The notes below the pieces were generated by a model. That model was given only the letters and a program-made list of their open reading frames with translations, ran no database searches and was not told the origin of the DNA. From Nageia nagi (taxonomy: Eukaryota > Plantae > Pinophyta), in NCBI GenBank assembly GCA_050084985.1, contig JBITNC010000001.1:149544001-149608000 (forward strand): a DNA stretch of 64,000 bases, read 5' to 3'. This document shows positions 53,074 through 64,000 of the stretch, piece by piece (position 1 is the first letter of the stretch; each line of letters opens with the position of its first letter). A program made the position numbers and the translations under genes.

Positions 53074-54634
53074 AACGAAAATGTTAGGTGAATAAATAAT
53101 TTCTATTTAAAAGTTTAAGAATTGAGATATTGAATTTTGTTGATACTAGTTATGGTTATGGTTTTGGGTTTCATCGTTTTCTCATGATAAGGATTATGAA
53201 GATTCATTGCTCTAAAATTTTAAGGAAGATATTTTGATGATTTTTTTTGTATGTAGGATTTTGTAGATGAAGTTAATATATGTGCAGAAGATAGATGAAA
53301 ATTCATTTTTCTATAATAAGAAGAGCCCATTCTAGTAGATCTTGTAATTGAATAAGTAGATGATGATGTCTAGAGAAAGGTAATATTTTTAATGCTCCTT
53401 TCTTATATATAAAGCTCTTACTTCAAATGTTATTCTTCCATTTAAAAATAAGCATTTCCATATTCTTTCTTGTATTAAAAAACTTAAATTTTTTTTTTTA
53501 TATTTAAAATGATTTTTAAAATTACCTTAAGAAAAAAATTATCTTTAACTTTAATTTTTTTACAACAATTTTTTATTTTAGTTTATTTTATTTGATAATT
53601 ACTTAAAAACATATAAAATTTTATTATTTTCCTATTTAAACTTAATTTTTCTCTAAGAAAAAACCTTTAGTACATTGATATTACTATGGATGGATCACCA
53701 TTTCCTATTAGTAGTAGACTTTTGCATGGTCCATTTAGTCATTTTTTTCATAAACCTTCTAATTAATTCTTTTATTCAAACGATCATATCTTTTGATATT
53801 TTAATTAAGAAAGAGCTAATAAAAGTGTAATAACAATGAAGGAATCTTTCTCTTATTGTGTAAAAATATGCTCCTATAATACTATGTTATCTAATGTACA
53901 TCATGTAAACATAGTTTATGTATTATGCACTTTGAAGCTTCAAACAACTATAATAGTAATATATTTATCATTTTTCCTTTATAATGATTGTGCAAATTGA
54001 ATATATGGTTATACCCTTGCTTATATAATTAACATTTTATTTTAAATTTTAATGCTTTATTATAGTTGACTATTTTGATATTAATTTTTCTTTTTATCCT
54101 TATAAGAAAAATTTAGAGTTGAGAAGTACTCCTTCAATCTTCTTGTATCATCATACTTGTTTCTTTCTTTCTTTCCATATTTTATTTTCTTATAAATGAT
54201 TATATTAAATAAAAGAGTTGCCTATTCTAAAATTGAGAAAAAAATTATAGTCAAAAGGAAAAATGAACTAAAATAAATCAATTGTATAATAAAGAAGTAT
54301 AGTTTATTTGGAACATCTGCTGAGATATATAGAATATCTCTTATCAACACTGGAGTGGTGACTCATGATTTTACATACCTGATTCTTATGAGATTTTGGT
54401 AGATATTCATTTTATCTTTTGGATGCTCTCATAATTGATATTTTAGTTGAGAATATTATTTTTATCTTTTAAAAGAAATATTCTATTTACTTGATTAGTT
54501 GGAAGCATTAGCTAATAATTGAAAGAATATTTTTTCAACCATATCTTTTTTTAATACATTAGTACTTGTTCATGTATGTTACAATACTTCAACTCAATTC
54601 ATTTTCTTTCTACATAATCCTTAATGAAATGGTA

Positions 54635-55363
54635 CTTTTTTTTATTCGTATTAGTAAAACAATGGGTTTTGAGGATTTCATACATTTACAAAGGGAGAGA
54701 ATAATTGGAAGAATTATCTTATAAAAACTTACAAAAACTAACAGTAAACAACAAATAGACCAAGCATACGAAGAACAAAGCCAAGTATTGGCTTTAGGCA
54801 AAAAGTTGGAATTAGAATCCTTATAAAAGGACATCTAGAGCCATCAAAATAGACCAAAAGAGCATGCTCTAGTAGGATTCCTCATGGTAAACCTCCTCCC
54901 ATGACTTCCTTTTGGTATTTTTCTTACTTATCAAACATTAGCTTTGGGTAGGGTTGAACCAATAATTGTAGAGGCTAACGATGTTGTGGAGGAGGTGTTA
55001 GTCAAGGGAGCCACCTCCATAGAAGCCAAACACCCATCATGGAAAATTGATCCTCAAGCTAGAAAACCACTCCATCACCTTTTAAAACACATAATTGATT
55101 GATTATAGAGTTAACCATATCGCAAGAAAAATAGGAAAATGAGGATTGTAACTCTAAATCATGCCAAATCAAAACCAAAGAATAATGAGTAACATTAACA
55201 CTCAAAGAGAAAAGAAACAAAATCATGAGTCCATTAGAACGAGAAAAAGATCTTGTATTTTGAGATCCATGGGAGGGGAAAACAAGCTCCTTAGATGAGG
55301 AAATCGAGTAGCCCTTAGGGAGGGAACTGATGGAATTCAAATACTCCATAACCAAGATCACCT
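54635..55363 (-). mobile_element. 3' part of a poly(A) retroposon or LINE derivative, cut by an LTR element
   Basis: Poly(T) followed by aaaacaatgggttttgaggatttcatacatttacaa, similar to the tail of 18893-18953. Confidence 0.55.
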
Positions 55364-56699
55364 TGAAGGATTCCATAAATCTTCAACACAAGAAACACAA
55401 TTTCATGCACAATGAGAAACACCATATATAGTGGTTCCTCAATCATGGGAGTACATCCACTTAAACCATCTTTTCTAATATTTCTCACAAGTGAAATCTC
55501 CTACAAATTCACAAGAATTATTCTATAAGAATTCTCTTACAAAACTTCTACAAAAGCATTCCTACAACTCTACAAGATTAGCATTTTCATGCTTCTCCAA
55601 GTGTGTGATCTCAAGGAGAGGACCCTTTATTTATAAGCCAAAATCCTCCCTTGGATTACCCTATTAACCATATACAAAGTCATGACATGCATCACCTTTT
55701 TATCCAAGGGCATGCTCATGAGATGGAGTGTAGAATAAGTTACATTATCATATTCACTAAATACTCAAGGTATATAGGGATACCCTTAAGTATTAAGTGA
55801 ATTACATTAAGAGACCTTACAATAATGCATTATAAGTTCTAACACTCCCACTTAATACAATATTAGGGTAGAGTGTTGAGAAGATAGAGAGTTCTCCTCC
55901 ATAAGAATGCAAGTAAAGATGAAAACTTGTGAGAAGTAATATAATTTAGATGGTTCTACAAGGTTCAACTACTTAATCATTTTAACAAATGGTTTATAAT
56001 ACAATCATTAACCATAAACGGTTTCAATGTACAAGTAGTAATCATCCAACAAGTTGACATGATGAGCCTCTACGAGTTTACATACCTGAAGTAAGTAACC
56101 TACAATCTCTAGAAGAAATATGCAAACTACAAGTAGCTTATAATAGAACTAGTACTATACATCATTGCACAACATCAAGTATGATATACATAATCAACTA
56201 TAATGTTTAAGAATATCATATGTGCATATTAACAAGTATTGATATATCATATCAAATGTGCAATATGTATATCCATGATATATAAATATCTAAATATGCA
56301 TAGTATCAAATGCACTATTAACCAAGGATATACAAAATATACATAATTGCACAAAATGATCTCCAATTATTATCAAATTTTTTATTTATTTTTACTTTTG
56401 TTTGTTTTAGATTATTATTTATGTTTATTTTTGGTATGAAGGTGTCATCATATCATAACATTTTCTTTTTCCACCTTGATGACAACTTCACCTATTAAAT
56501 ACTCATATGACCATGTTACTTTAACCATGCCAAAAATTATTAAATGCTAACTTGATCTAAAAAAAAAGATCACAAGCAATGCATAAGCCATATGACAAAG
56601 ATGCGTAAGTTCTTATCTATTTACAAACATGTTGATTTGAAGGTTTAAGTTCTCCTTCAATAATATTATAGCATAGATGAAAAATAAGCCACATCATGC

Positions 56700-56820
56700 A
56701 AACTTGACTATGCTACTAGTTAAGATGCACAAGCCAAAAAATGCCAACTTGACTATGCTACTAGTTAAGATGCACAAGCCACAAAATGCCAACCTGACTA
56801 TGCTACTAGTCAAAATGCAC
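56700..56820. repeat. 45-bp tandem repeat, ~2.7 copies
   Basis: aacttgactatgctactagttaagatgcacaagcca.aaaatgcc repeated. Confidence 0.9.
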
Positions 56821-56961
56821 ATGATGAAATAAAGTAGCATTAATATCAAAACATGGATTCAAATTCCATCAAAAAAATTACAATTTTGGATAATGAAAAA
56901 CCTTTTTAACCACTCCAACAATTTGCAAACATGGAGAAGGACGAACCTTTTTAACCATTCT

Positions 56962-57078
56962 ATCTATAAACATGGATATTCTTCTATCAATATGGAAGCA
57001 AACAATGTGGTATCCATCCATAAACATGGATATTCTTCCATCAATATGGAAGCAAACAATATGGCATCTATCCATAAG
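56962..57078. repeat. 54-bp tandem repeat, 2 copies
   Basis: taaacatggatattcttc.atcaatatggaagcaaacaat.tgg repeated. Confidence 0.9.
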
Positions 57079-57888
57079 CAAATAATAAGATTTAGACTAG
57101 GGTTTTAGATGAAAAACATCCATGGAGTTTTATTTTGATGGACAATAGTCACATCCAAGAATGTCTCCTTGATAAAATATGCTGTGTTACTAAGCTTTAT
57201 AAATTTTACTTAGTTAAGTTCATTTTAACAATGGTGATATAGTATGAACAAAAATTTTCACCTATGCACAATTAATCAAAGAAGAAAGTTTTCCCTACTC
57301 ACTCAAAACTACACAATAATTTGAATTTGAAGAAGAATTTCACAATTTACAACTTCCATTTGGGGATATCAAATGTATGCACAATGAAACAACGACATCA
57401 ACACATGCACAAATAAAATTTAGGATTTTCTTTCCCTTTGAAAGGATTTAAAAAAAAAGATCTCCCCTTTAAAAGTACAAACATTATTAAACCTTTTTAA
57501 GGAATGACATTTAATAAATTATTTAAGGGAAAAATCATATATACTTTCTCCATTAAAATTATATCCCCTTTTTTTAAAAAAATAGCTCCTTAAAAAATTA
57601 ATGGATGGAAAAAATACCCACCTCTTAGCTAAAAACAATTCTTCTCATCTCTTCTATCATTTTTTTTTACTAAGTTTGCAAATTCACAATAAATTTCTAC
57701 AAATTAATTAAATACTTAAAAGCTTCTAAAATCGAGATACTATGATAAAACCAAATTTTACAAACTAATTGTGACCGTATAATTCTTATTCTATCAAGCA
57801 TAGATATTCTATTCACCTAAGCAATTTTCAAAAGAATTCAAGTAAACTAAATAATAAACTTAAGAGATATCGAACCACAAGGTAGATC

Positions 57889-58876
57889 ACATGGTATGTC
57901 AATACACTGGTACATCGGTACGCAAATATGCGTACTCGATACGTGGTATGTTGGGTGCTAAAAATTCGATACGTTGGTATGACAAGAAAACCATGTCTAG
58001 ATTCTATATTAACTCCCAATGCCCATACATGATAAGTATAACTATAACATGATGCAATATCCAAAATAAGCCTTTACAGATAAGGTTTTAGAAGTAAAAT
58101 AACAAGAAAATAGTTTGTCTGACTATTTCAAAATATGAACAAAATCAAATGTTGTCTATAGTCTACTCTCTAGTAGGAAAATAGTCTATATCAAAATCAT
58201 CAATGCCAAAGGCATCAATATCCTTCCCCTCATGGCTGTCACCACCATGCTCTCCTACCATCTTTGACTCTAGGTAGTCATCTTGATCCATACTGGCTAC
58301 AACTGAAGTTGATGATCCAATAGTATCCTCATCAAATATCACTGGCTCTAGAGATGGTGTATCAATATCTAGATTAGCTAATTACAACTCAAATGAGTTA
58401 TCTAATGCCATCTCATCTGGTAGCACATCCCACAATTTGGTATGACCCCTCTGACACTCCTACCTCTTCCTGTATAAAAGATAAAGATTGGTGTGCACAT
58501 ACACTAAGTTTGCTGCCCTCTTCTGATTAAGTTTGCTATGCTCAACACTATGCACCTTGCAGTATGTACTCTAATTCCTCTCACAGTAAGAGGATGAGCT
58601 CACTTGTGATAGAATTCGTAAGGCTGACTGTTGCAAAGGGGGACATGCTGATCCATGTAATGCCCAAAATGTATGGGGCTTCTATCCCTAATGATATCAT
58701 AACAACCAAATCTGCCTGTACCTGTAGAAAACTCAGTAAATGCCTCTTCGATCGTATCTAATGTACCTTGATCAGGAAATAATCATTTGAAGATTATCTT
58801 CCTACCATCTGAAACCTCCTTATCCATGTGTGGAGGGAAGCATCGACTAGGACTAGAAGTAGAATTCAACCATTCA
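57889..58876 (-). mobile_element. 3' end of a hAT transposon (dimerisation domain), interrupted by an LTR element at 58877
   Basis: Minus-strand KRAANLVYVHTNL.LL...KLWDV..ANLDIDTPSLE and PPHMDKEVSDGR. Terminus catggtatg with GTAC/CGATAC subterminal motifs. Confidence 0.8.
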
Positions 58877-60786
58877 TGTTAGAATTTGTAATGAAATATT
58901 GTGAATATCTAAACTCCTTGTAAATTCAATTAATCACTTAAAAGATATTTAGATACCTTAAGGGATTAATTGAATTCTTTATTATGTAAACTTTGACCTT
59001 GCCAAGTGGTTAGTTGGTAGGTTAAAGTTAGGTAATATATTTATTGTAACCCTAACCTTACCCTTGGGTTAAAGGGAGGTTAGGGAGGTGCTCTCAAGCT
59101 ATAAATAGAGGGCCTCTCCTCTTGTAACATAACTAAGTTTTTGGAGTAAGATTACTCTACTAGTTGTGTAGGGGAGGAAGAGAATAGTTGTAAGAGGGGC
59201 ATAATTGAGAATTGAGATACTAGTTGTGGATGTACTCCCAAGGAGGGAGGAACCACATTACAATTGTGTTATCTTGTGTATGAGTTTTCTAGTCTTGGAT
59301 CCTAGAGGATTTGTTTAGATCTCCGTGATGACTTATAGTGCACCATTGATCAGTTATTTATAAGATGGCATTATTTGATTCTCCTATTTAATAAAGTGAA
59401 TATATGATGCATCTAACTGATTTTGTTCATGAGTTACTTGTAGCATGCAGGATCTTCTTCAAAAATGCAGGTTACTCACCTTGTGTAAGCAAGCTCATGG
59501 AGACTCACATGTCAGCTTAAAGTTGATCGACTACTATGTACAGTGAAACCAGTTGTGGTTAATGATTATATTGTAAACCATTTTGTCAAATGGTAATGTA
59601 GTGAGTCTCAAACTAGTTCTCAAAAGATTCTCAAATATGTAAATATTCTCATCTCTGCTTGTATCTCTATGGAGGAGAACTCTCTCTTACTCTCTCTCTT
59701 CTCTCTTCTACGCTCTATCCCAATATTGCATTAAGGGGGAGTGTTAGAATTTGTAATGAAATATTGTGAATATCTAAACTCCTTGTAAATTCAATTAATC
59801 ACTTAAAATATATTTAGATACCTTAAGGGATTAATTGAATTCTTTATTATGTAAACTTTAACCTTACCAAGTGGTTAGTTGGTAGGTTAAAGTTAGGTAA
59901 TATATTTATTGTAACCCTAACCTTACCCTTGGGTTAAAGGGAGGTTAGGGAGGTGCTCTCATGCTATAAATAGAGGGCCTCTCCTCTTGTAATATAACTT
60001 AGATTTTGAGTAAGATTACTCTACTAGTTTGTGTAGGAGAGAAAAGAATTGTAGTAAGAGGGTGCATAGTTTGAGAATTGAGATCTAGTTGTGGATGTAC
60101 TCCCAAGGAGGGAGGAACCACTTATATTGGTGTTATCTTATGTGAATGGTGTTATTAGCTTGTAGATGTTGAATGATTAAGTTTCCTATAGTCTTGGACC
60201 TTGAGGATTAGTGTAGATCTAATTCCTTCAATTGGTATCAGAGCTTGGTGTGGAAGCTCCTTCAACATTCTTTGAAACTTCTTCAATTTGGAGGTCTCCA
60301 TTTCTCATCTTCTTACATTGTTGAGGTAAAACATAATAGAAGGTATACATTTTTTACCTTCTTGGTTAATTATTGAATAATTGTATTTTACTACTAACAT
60401 ATTGTGTGCTATATGTTGACTATTGTTGAGCTAAATATGATTAACAATTTTTGATACTAACCTCTTTTGTGAATAGCTTTTTTTTGCAAATTGCTTATTT
60501 GTTCATTATTTAAGAGGATAATATACAAAAATTAAGTTGAGGAATTTTTTTCTATCTTATGGAGAAGATAATTTTTTTTAACCTTTTTTTTGTTAATAAA
60601 AATTGGTAATTTCTTTTGTGAGAGGGAGAAATTTTAATTTTTTTATCTAACTATTTCAGTGACCATGGACATAAGCATGGCACTTTTGAATCCAAATCAT
60701 CCATTTGTAAAGTATTGACAAAAGTATGTTTGTATTTATTCCTGTTGGTGATTAATAATTACTCATAAAATACAAGGTATTAAAAC

Positions 60787-60908
60787 GGATATGCACAAAA
60801 TGGATACATTGAAAGGGTCTGCGAATTGTTTGATAGAATGCCTCATTGAAATGCAGTCTTATGGATACAATGGTCGAAGGATATGCACAAAATGGATACA
60901 TTGAAAGG
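60787..60908 (+). pseudogene. Captured PLS-class PPR gene fragment (~1.3 repeats)
   Basis: [39 protein letters not shown]: 31-aa PPR periodicity with one stop and a 1-bp deletion. Confidence 0.85.
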
Positions 60909-61184
60909 CTTTTCTCAGTATGTTTGGCATACAGCACATTGAGCCTCTCCCTTGTCTTAAGTATCTCTTTCGCATGGATGGCAATATCGGAGGCCTGGCC
61001 ATTGGCCCCGCCAAACGGTTGATGAATCATGACCCTTGCACTTGGCAGAGACCTCTCTCCCTTGGTGCCAACAGTCAACAGCAATGAGCCCATGGAAGCT
61101 GCTTGCCCCATGCAGAGTGTACTAAACTCCTAATGTACTGCATGGTATCATAGATTGCTAGACCTGCTGTGACAACCTCCACCA
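60903..61184 (-). pseudogene. CLPP2: Captured fragment of ATP-dependent Clp protease proteolytic subunit (mitochondrial ClpP2 type)
   Basis: [83 protein letters not shown]. Truncated at both ends, small deletions, no introns. Confidence 0.9.
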
Positions 61185-63465
61185 TAAATCTCCACCTCCC
61201 TATAAAAATTTATTAATTTGAGAGGTAAAAGTAAGAGAAATGAATACCATCATAGCGCAGGCAGAGAGATTAAGAACTGTGATCGTTCTCCAATGGTTCG
61301 TATACCCCAACATTTCCTCTGCCATGCTGGACACCGATGTGGACGAAGAGGATGTCGATGTGGCACCCTGTGTTTGAGCCTGAGAATTGGCATTCCTAAG
61401 CATTCTAGTAATAACACCCAGGCCATCTATCTAGATTATAGATCCAAAAGTTTTGGAGAGGCTCACCACTCTGAGAGGCTCCCTCCTTTTCACCACCTTC
61501 AATCCTACGTGGACATGATCATCTGACATGGCATCCCCATCGATTAAGACATGGACATGGTTTTGCGGAGGAGGTAGAGTAACCATGAGTTGGGATTAGA
61601 GCTTCAATGCCACCTGTTCCTCATCCTCCATCGAAGACCACTCCAGTTCTGTCTTTAGTTTGCAAGAGGAAGTGGAGATTGGATTATCTAATTCAGATTC
61701 TCCACGTCCCTTTAACGTCTTTCTCTTTCTCCTACGTAACCCTCTTCTCCTCCCTCAGCATCTTCTCCTTGACGTTGCCCTCCTTGTCTTAGATTAAAGT
61801 TAGAGGTTTCTTTTTTCTTCTTTATGCATTTAATTTTTTTGTTGACTACTTGCATATTCTTAAATGCACATGCAAAGCAACGTTTACTCCTTCTTGGTAA
61901 GGGAAGGATAGCTATTTTCTTACCTAAAAGTATTTATAACTTTGAGTGCTTAGGTAAAAGTAGCATTAACTAAGCATAGGTCTCCTTTCTTTTTCATTAA
62001 TACTTGCAAGCTCTCTAGAAGCAAACGTATACTTTTTGGTAGATATTTAATATTTTTGCTTGCTTACAAGTCATTTGTTCCTATTAAATGCACTTAGAAG
62101 TACTTATACTCCAACTTTAAGCATTGTTATGATGACTATAATACTTTAAAGTAAGTAGATACATCATTACTCTTCAATGCTATCCAATTTTTTAGAAAAA
62201 TGTGGTAAATAAAGTTAATTCTTTAGGAGTATATTTTTATTTGCTTTAAATACTTTTAAGTTTGGTAATTTACTCAGGTAAAATGATAAATATTAGTGTA
62301 AAATTAACACTTTAAGGGATTTTTTTTTACCTAAGTATTTTTTAATGATTTCATGTTTCCTAAAAGGGAAACCTCTGCTATTTTTTAAGTAAACAAGGGA
62401 AATTTTTTATTTAAAATATAAATGCATATTTAAAAGATAATTTTTTAGCATACAAGCTTTAGGGATAAAACTTTAAGTAAAAAAAAGGAGGAATTTGTAT
62501 AGTTTTTTACTTAAAACTTTATCTAGATCTTGCATGCTAAATTTGTAATGCATGCCTCTTAATCTTGTGTAGGAATAAAGCATACTTAGTACTTAAAATT
62601 TTTAAGTTAAATAATGCATTTTTAATAAGATAAATGATGCATGTTTATTACTTAATTTTTAAGTTATGGATTAATGCTAAGTAGGACTTAGCCTTTTTTA
62701 ATTCATTAAAGTGTTGAATGAATTTATGAACTTGAGCAAAGTATGCAAAATGTAAAAATGTCCTTTAGGGGTTAGTACAAAACCCATTGGACTCTTATAT
62801 TTCAAGTTCTTGTGGATGATGTATTTTTAATACTTTACTTTATATTTTTGCATAATTGCTTTATACTTGCAAAATGCAAAATATTGAATGTAACCCCTAA
62901 AATGAACACATCTGCACGTACTTTTCCACAACATGACTTGTTTGGGGAGCCACGAGGGGAGGACAGGGTAGACTGGAGCCTTTTTAGTCTGAAGAACCAA
63001 GTGGTGGTAAATCCATCTTAATTACCCCTAAGACCTCTGTTAGATTGGACATAACTCTATTAGGTGGACAGACATGTGTGTAGTGATACCACATGTCTGC
63101 ACGTCCATTCAGGGATTATCTTGATAACCTAGGAGGAAAACTTGAAAACCTTAAATAAGATAATTAAAATGGTCGATCCAAGATACGTCGGATCCTTGGA
63201 AAATAGTTGGTACTTCTCCTTGAGAGAGTATATTACTGACCAAGGTGAACTGGTTGAGGATTGGTAGTACTTGGGCTCCACTTTGCGGGCATCCAAGTGA
63301 AGGCCTAATTCTATACAAGAAAACAACCTCAACTTTATCCTTCTACGGATCTTGGTTTATAAGTTTGCACATGTGGGATATGTTTACTTATCAATGTTTG
63401 ATTTGTATAGATGGTAAATTGTAAAAATTTATTCATTCTTCTCGCTTATTTACTTTTGTGTAGCA

Positions 63466-64000
63466 ATGGTTGAAACCTTCATACTTAAGCATATACTCGA
63501 TGGTTCCAACTTCGGTATAAGGGAACCTTGTATGAAAGCTGAGTTACAAGTAAGGAAGCTATGGAAAATAGTTAATGAAGACTTGGTCGCTCTTACAGAT
63601 GAGAAGGCTCTTGAAATCTACAACTCAAAGAATGAGTTAGCAACTTCAATGATTTATCGTGCAGTTTCAGATGACGTACTTCTCATGATCTCTTCTTCAA
63701 CATCAGCAAAGGAAGCTTGGGATAGGCTAAAGAAAATTTACCTTGGGTCAAAATTTTCAAGGAGGTTCACTATTTTACAAAAGTTGTTGCAATATCATCA
63801 AGGTGAAGATGAAAGTGCTTCTATTTACTTGACCAAAATCATTGACCTTAGGACACAACTAGTTGGCTATGGGTGCAACTGGATCAATAATGAGTTCATG
63901 GTCTTCATCATTCTTCAAAGCCTTTCTACAAAGTTCAGTAACTTTATCACGGTTATGAAAACTAGGCTTGATGATGAAGAAGATGTCATCTCTCTTGATA
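63466..64000 (+). CDS. Copia gag (DUF4219/UBN2-like), open to window end
   Basis: MVETFILKHILDGSNFGIREPCMKAELQVRKLWKIVNE...TSAKEAWDRLKKIY...ILQSLSTKFSNF with no stops. Confidence 0.85.
   Translation, partial: MVETFILKHILDGSNFGIREPCMKAELQVRKLWKIVNEDLVALTDEKALEIYNSKNELATSMIYRAVSDDVLLMISSSTSAKEAWDRLKKIYLGSKFSRRFTILQKLLQYHQGEDESASIYLTKIIDLRTQLVGYGCNWINNEFMVFIILQSLSTKFSNFITVMKTRLDDEEDVISLD

Larger units (their letters stand above)
55364..57800 (-). mobile_element. 3' LTR (55364-55844), PPT and non-coding internal region of an LTR element related to the 58877+ family
   Basis: Reverse complement starts TGTTAGAA and ends CCTTCA. PPT at 55845-55853. 55850-56100 is homologous to 59460-59741. No 5' LTR found; right end approximate. 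Confidence 0.75.
58877..64000 (+). mobile_element. Ty1/copia element with tandem LTRs (58877-59322 truncated; 59742-60230), PBS, 3.2-kb leader and gag; runs off window
   Basis: TGTTAGAA starts, PPT 59733-59741, PBS-Met tggtatcagagc 60233-60244, gag from 63466. Confidence 0.88.

Noticed and set aside
51140-54600. AT-rich stretch as a possible gene or element
   Set aside because: No ORFs, termini or repeats recognised apart from the TA microsatellite.
60787-60908. 30-bp direct repeat as a TSD of a small insertion
   Set aside because: The 92-bp period and the translation show it is the PPR repeat itself.
60752-61111. Functional clpP gene, or bacterial contamination/HGT
   Set aside because: Truncated at both ends with deletions, embedded in a retroelement leader and fused to a plant PPR fragment. 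The ORF's C-terminal part is antisense PPR sequence. A nuclear mitochondrial-type ClpP source is the simpler explanation.
63411-63413. ATG micro-exon (tag|ATG|gtaaat) before gag
   Set aside because: The following intron would be only 50 bp and the ATG would be out of frame with gag.

Overview
AT-rich plant nuclear DNA. The giant intron and TE families suggest a gymnosperm-type genome (inference). The only intact host gene is the 3' two-thirds of an APF1-like, putatively GPI-anchored aspartic protease (+ strand, 8 exons, 3523-47361; the exon with the first DTG motif was not found in the window). Its sixth visible intron is 41,665 bp (5125-46789) and is built mainly from two TE nests plus a hAT, most of them resolved by TSDs. 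Nest 1 is an L1 containing a Tork-like copia, whose 3' LTR holds a 6-kb protein-coding solo LTR (itself holding an ORF-less copy of its own family) and a 1.9-kb coding poly(A) retroposon. A hAT with an internal MITE follows. Nest 2 is an L1 containing an RTE (holding a hAT) and a young CRM-like gypsy. Downstream lie more hAT, RTE and LTR remnants and a copia whose 3.2-kb leader carries captured PPR and mitochondrial-type ClpP fragments. The strongest candidate for an undescribed system is the 6-kb solo LTR, where eight apparently helically phased ~42-bp palindromes precede a TATA box and a ~1100-codon accessory ORF. All coordinates and identities were read by hand; no database search was run.
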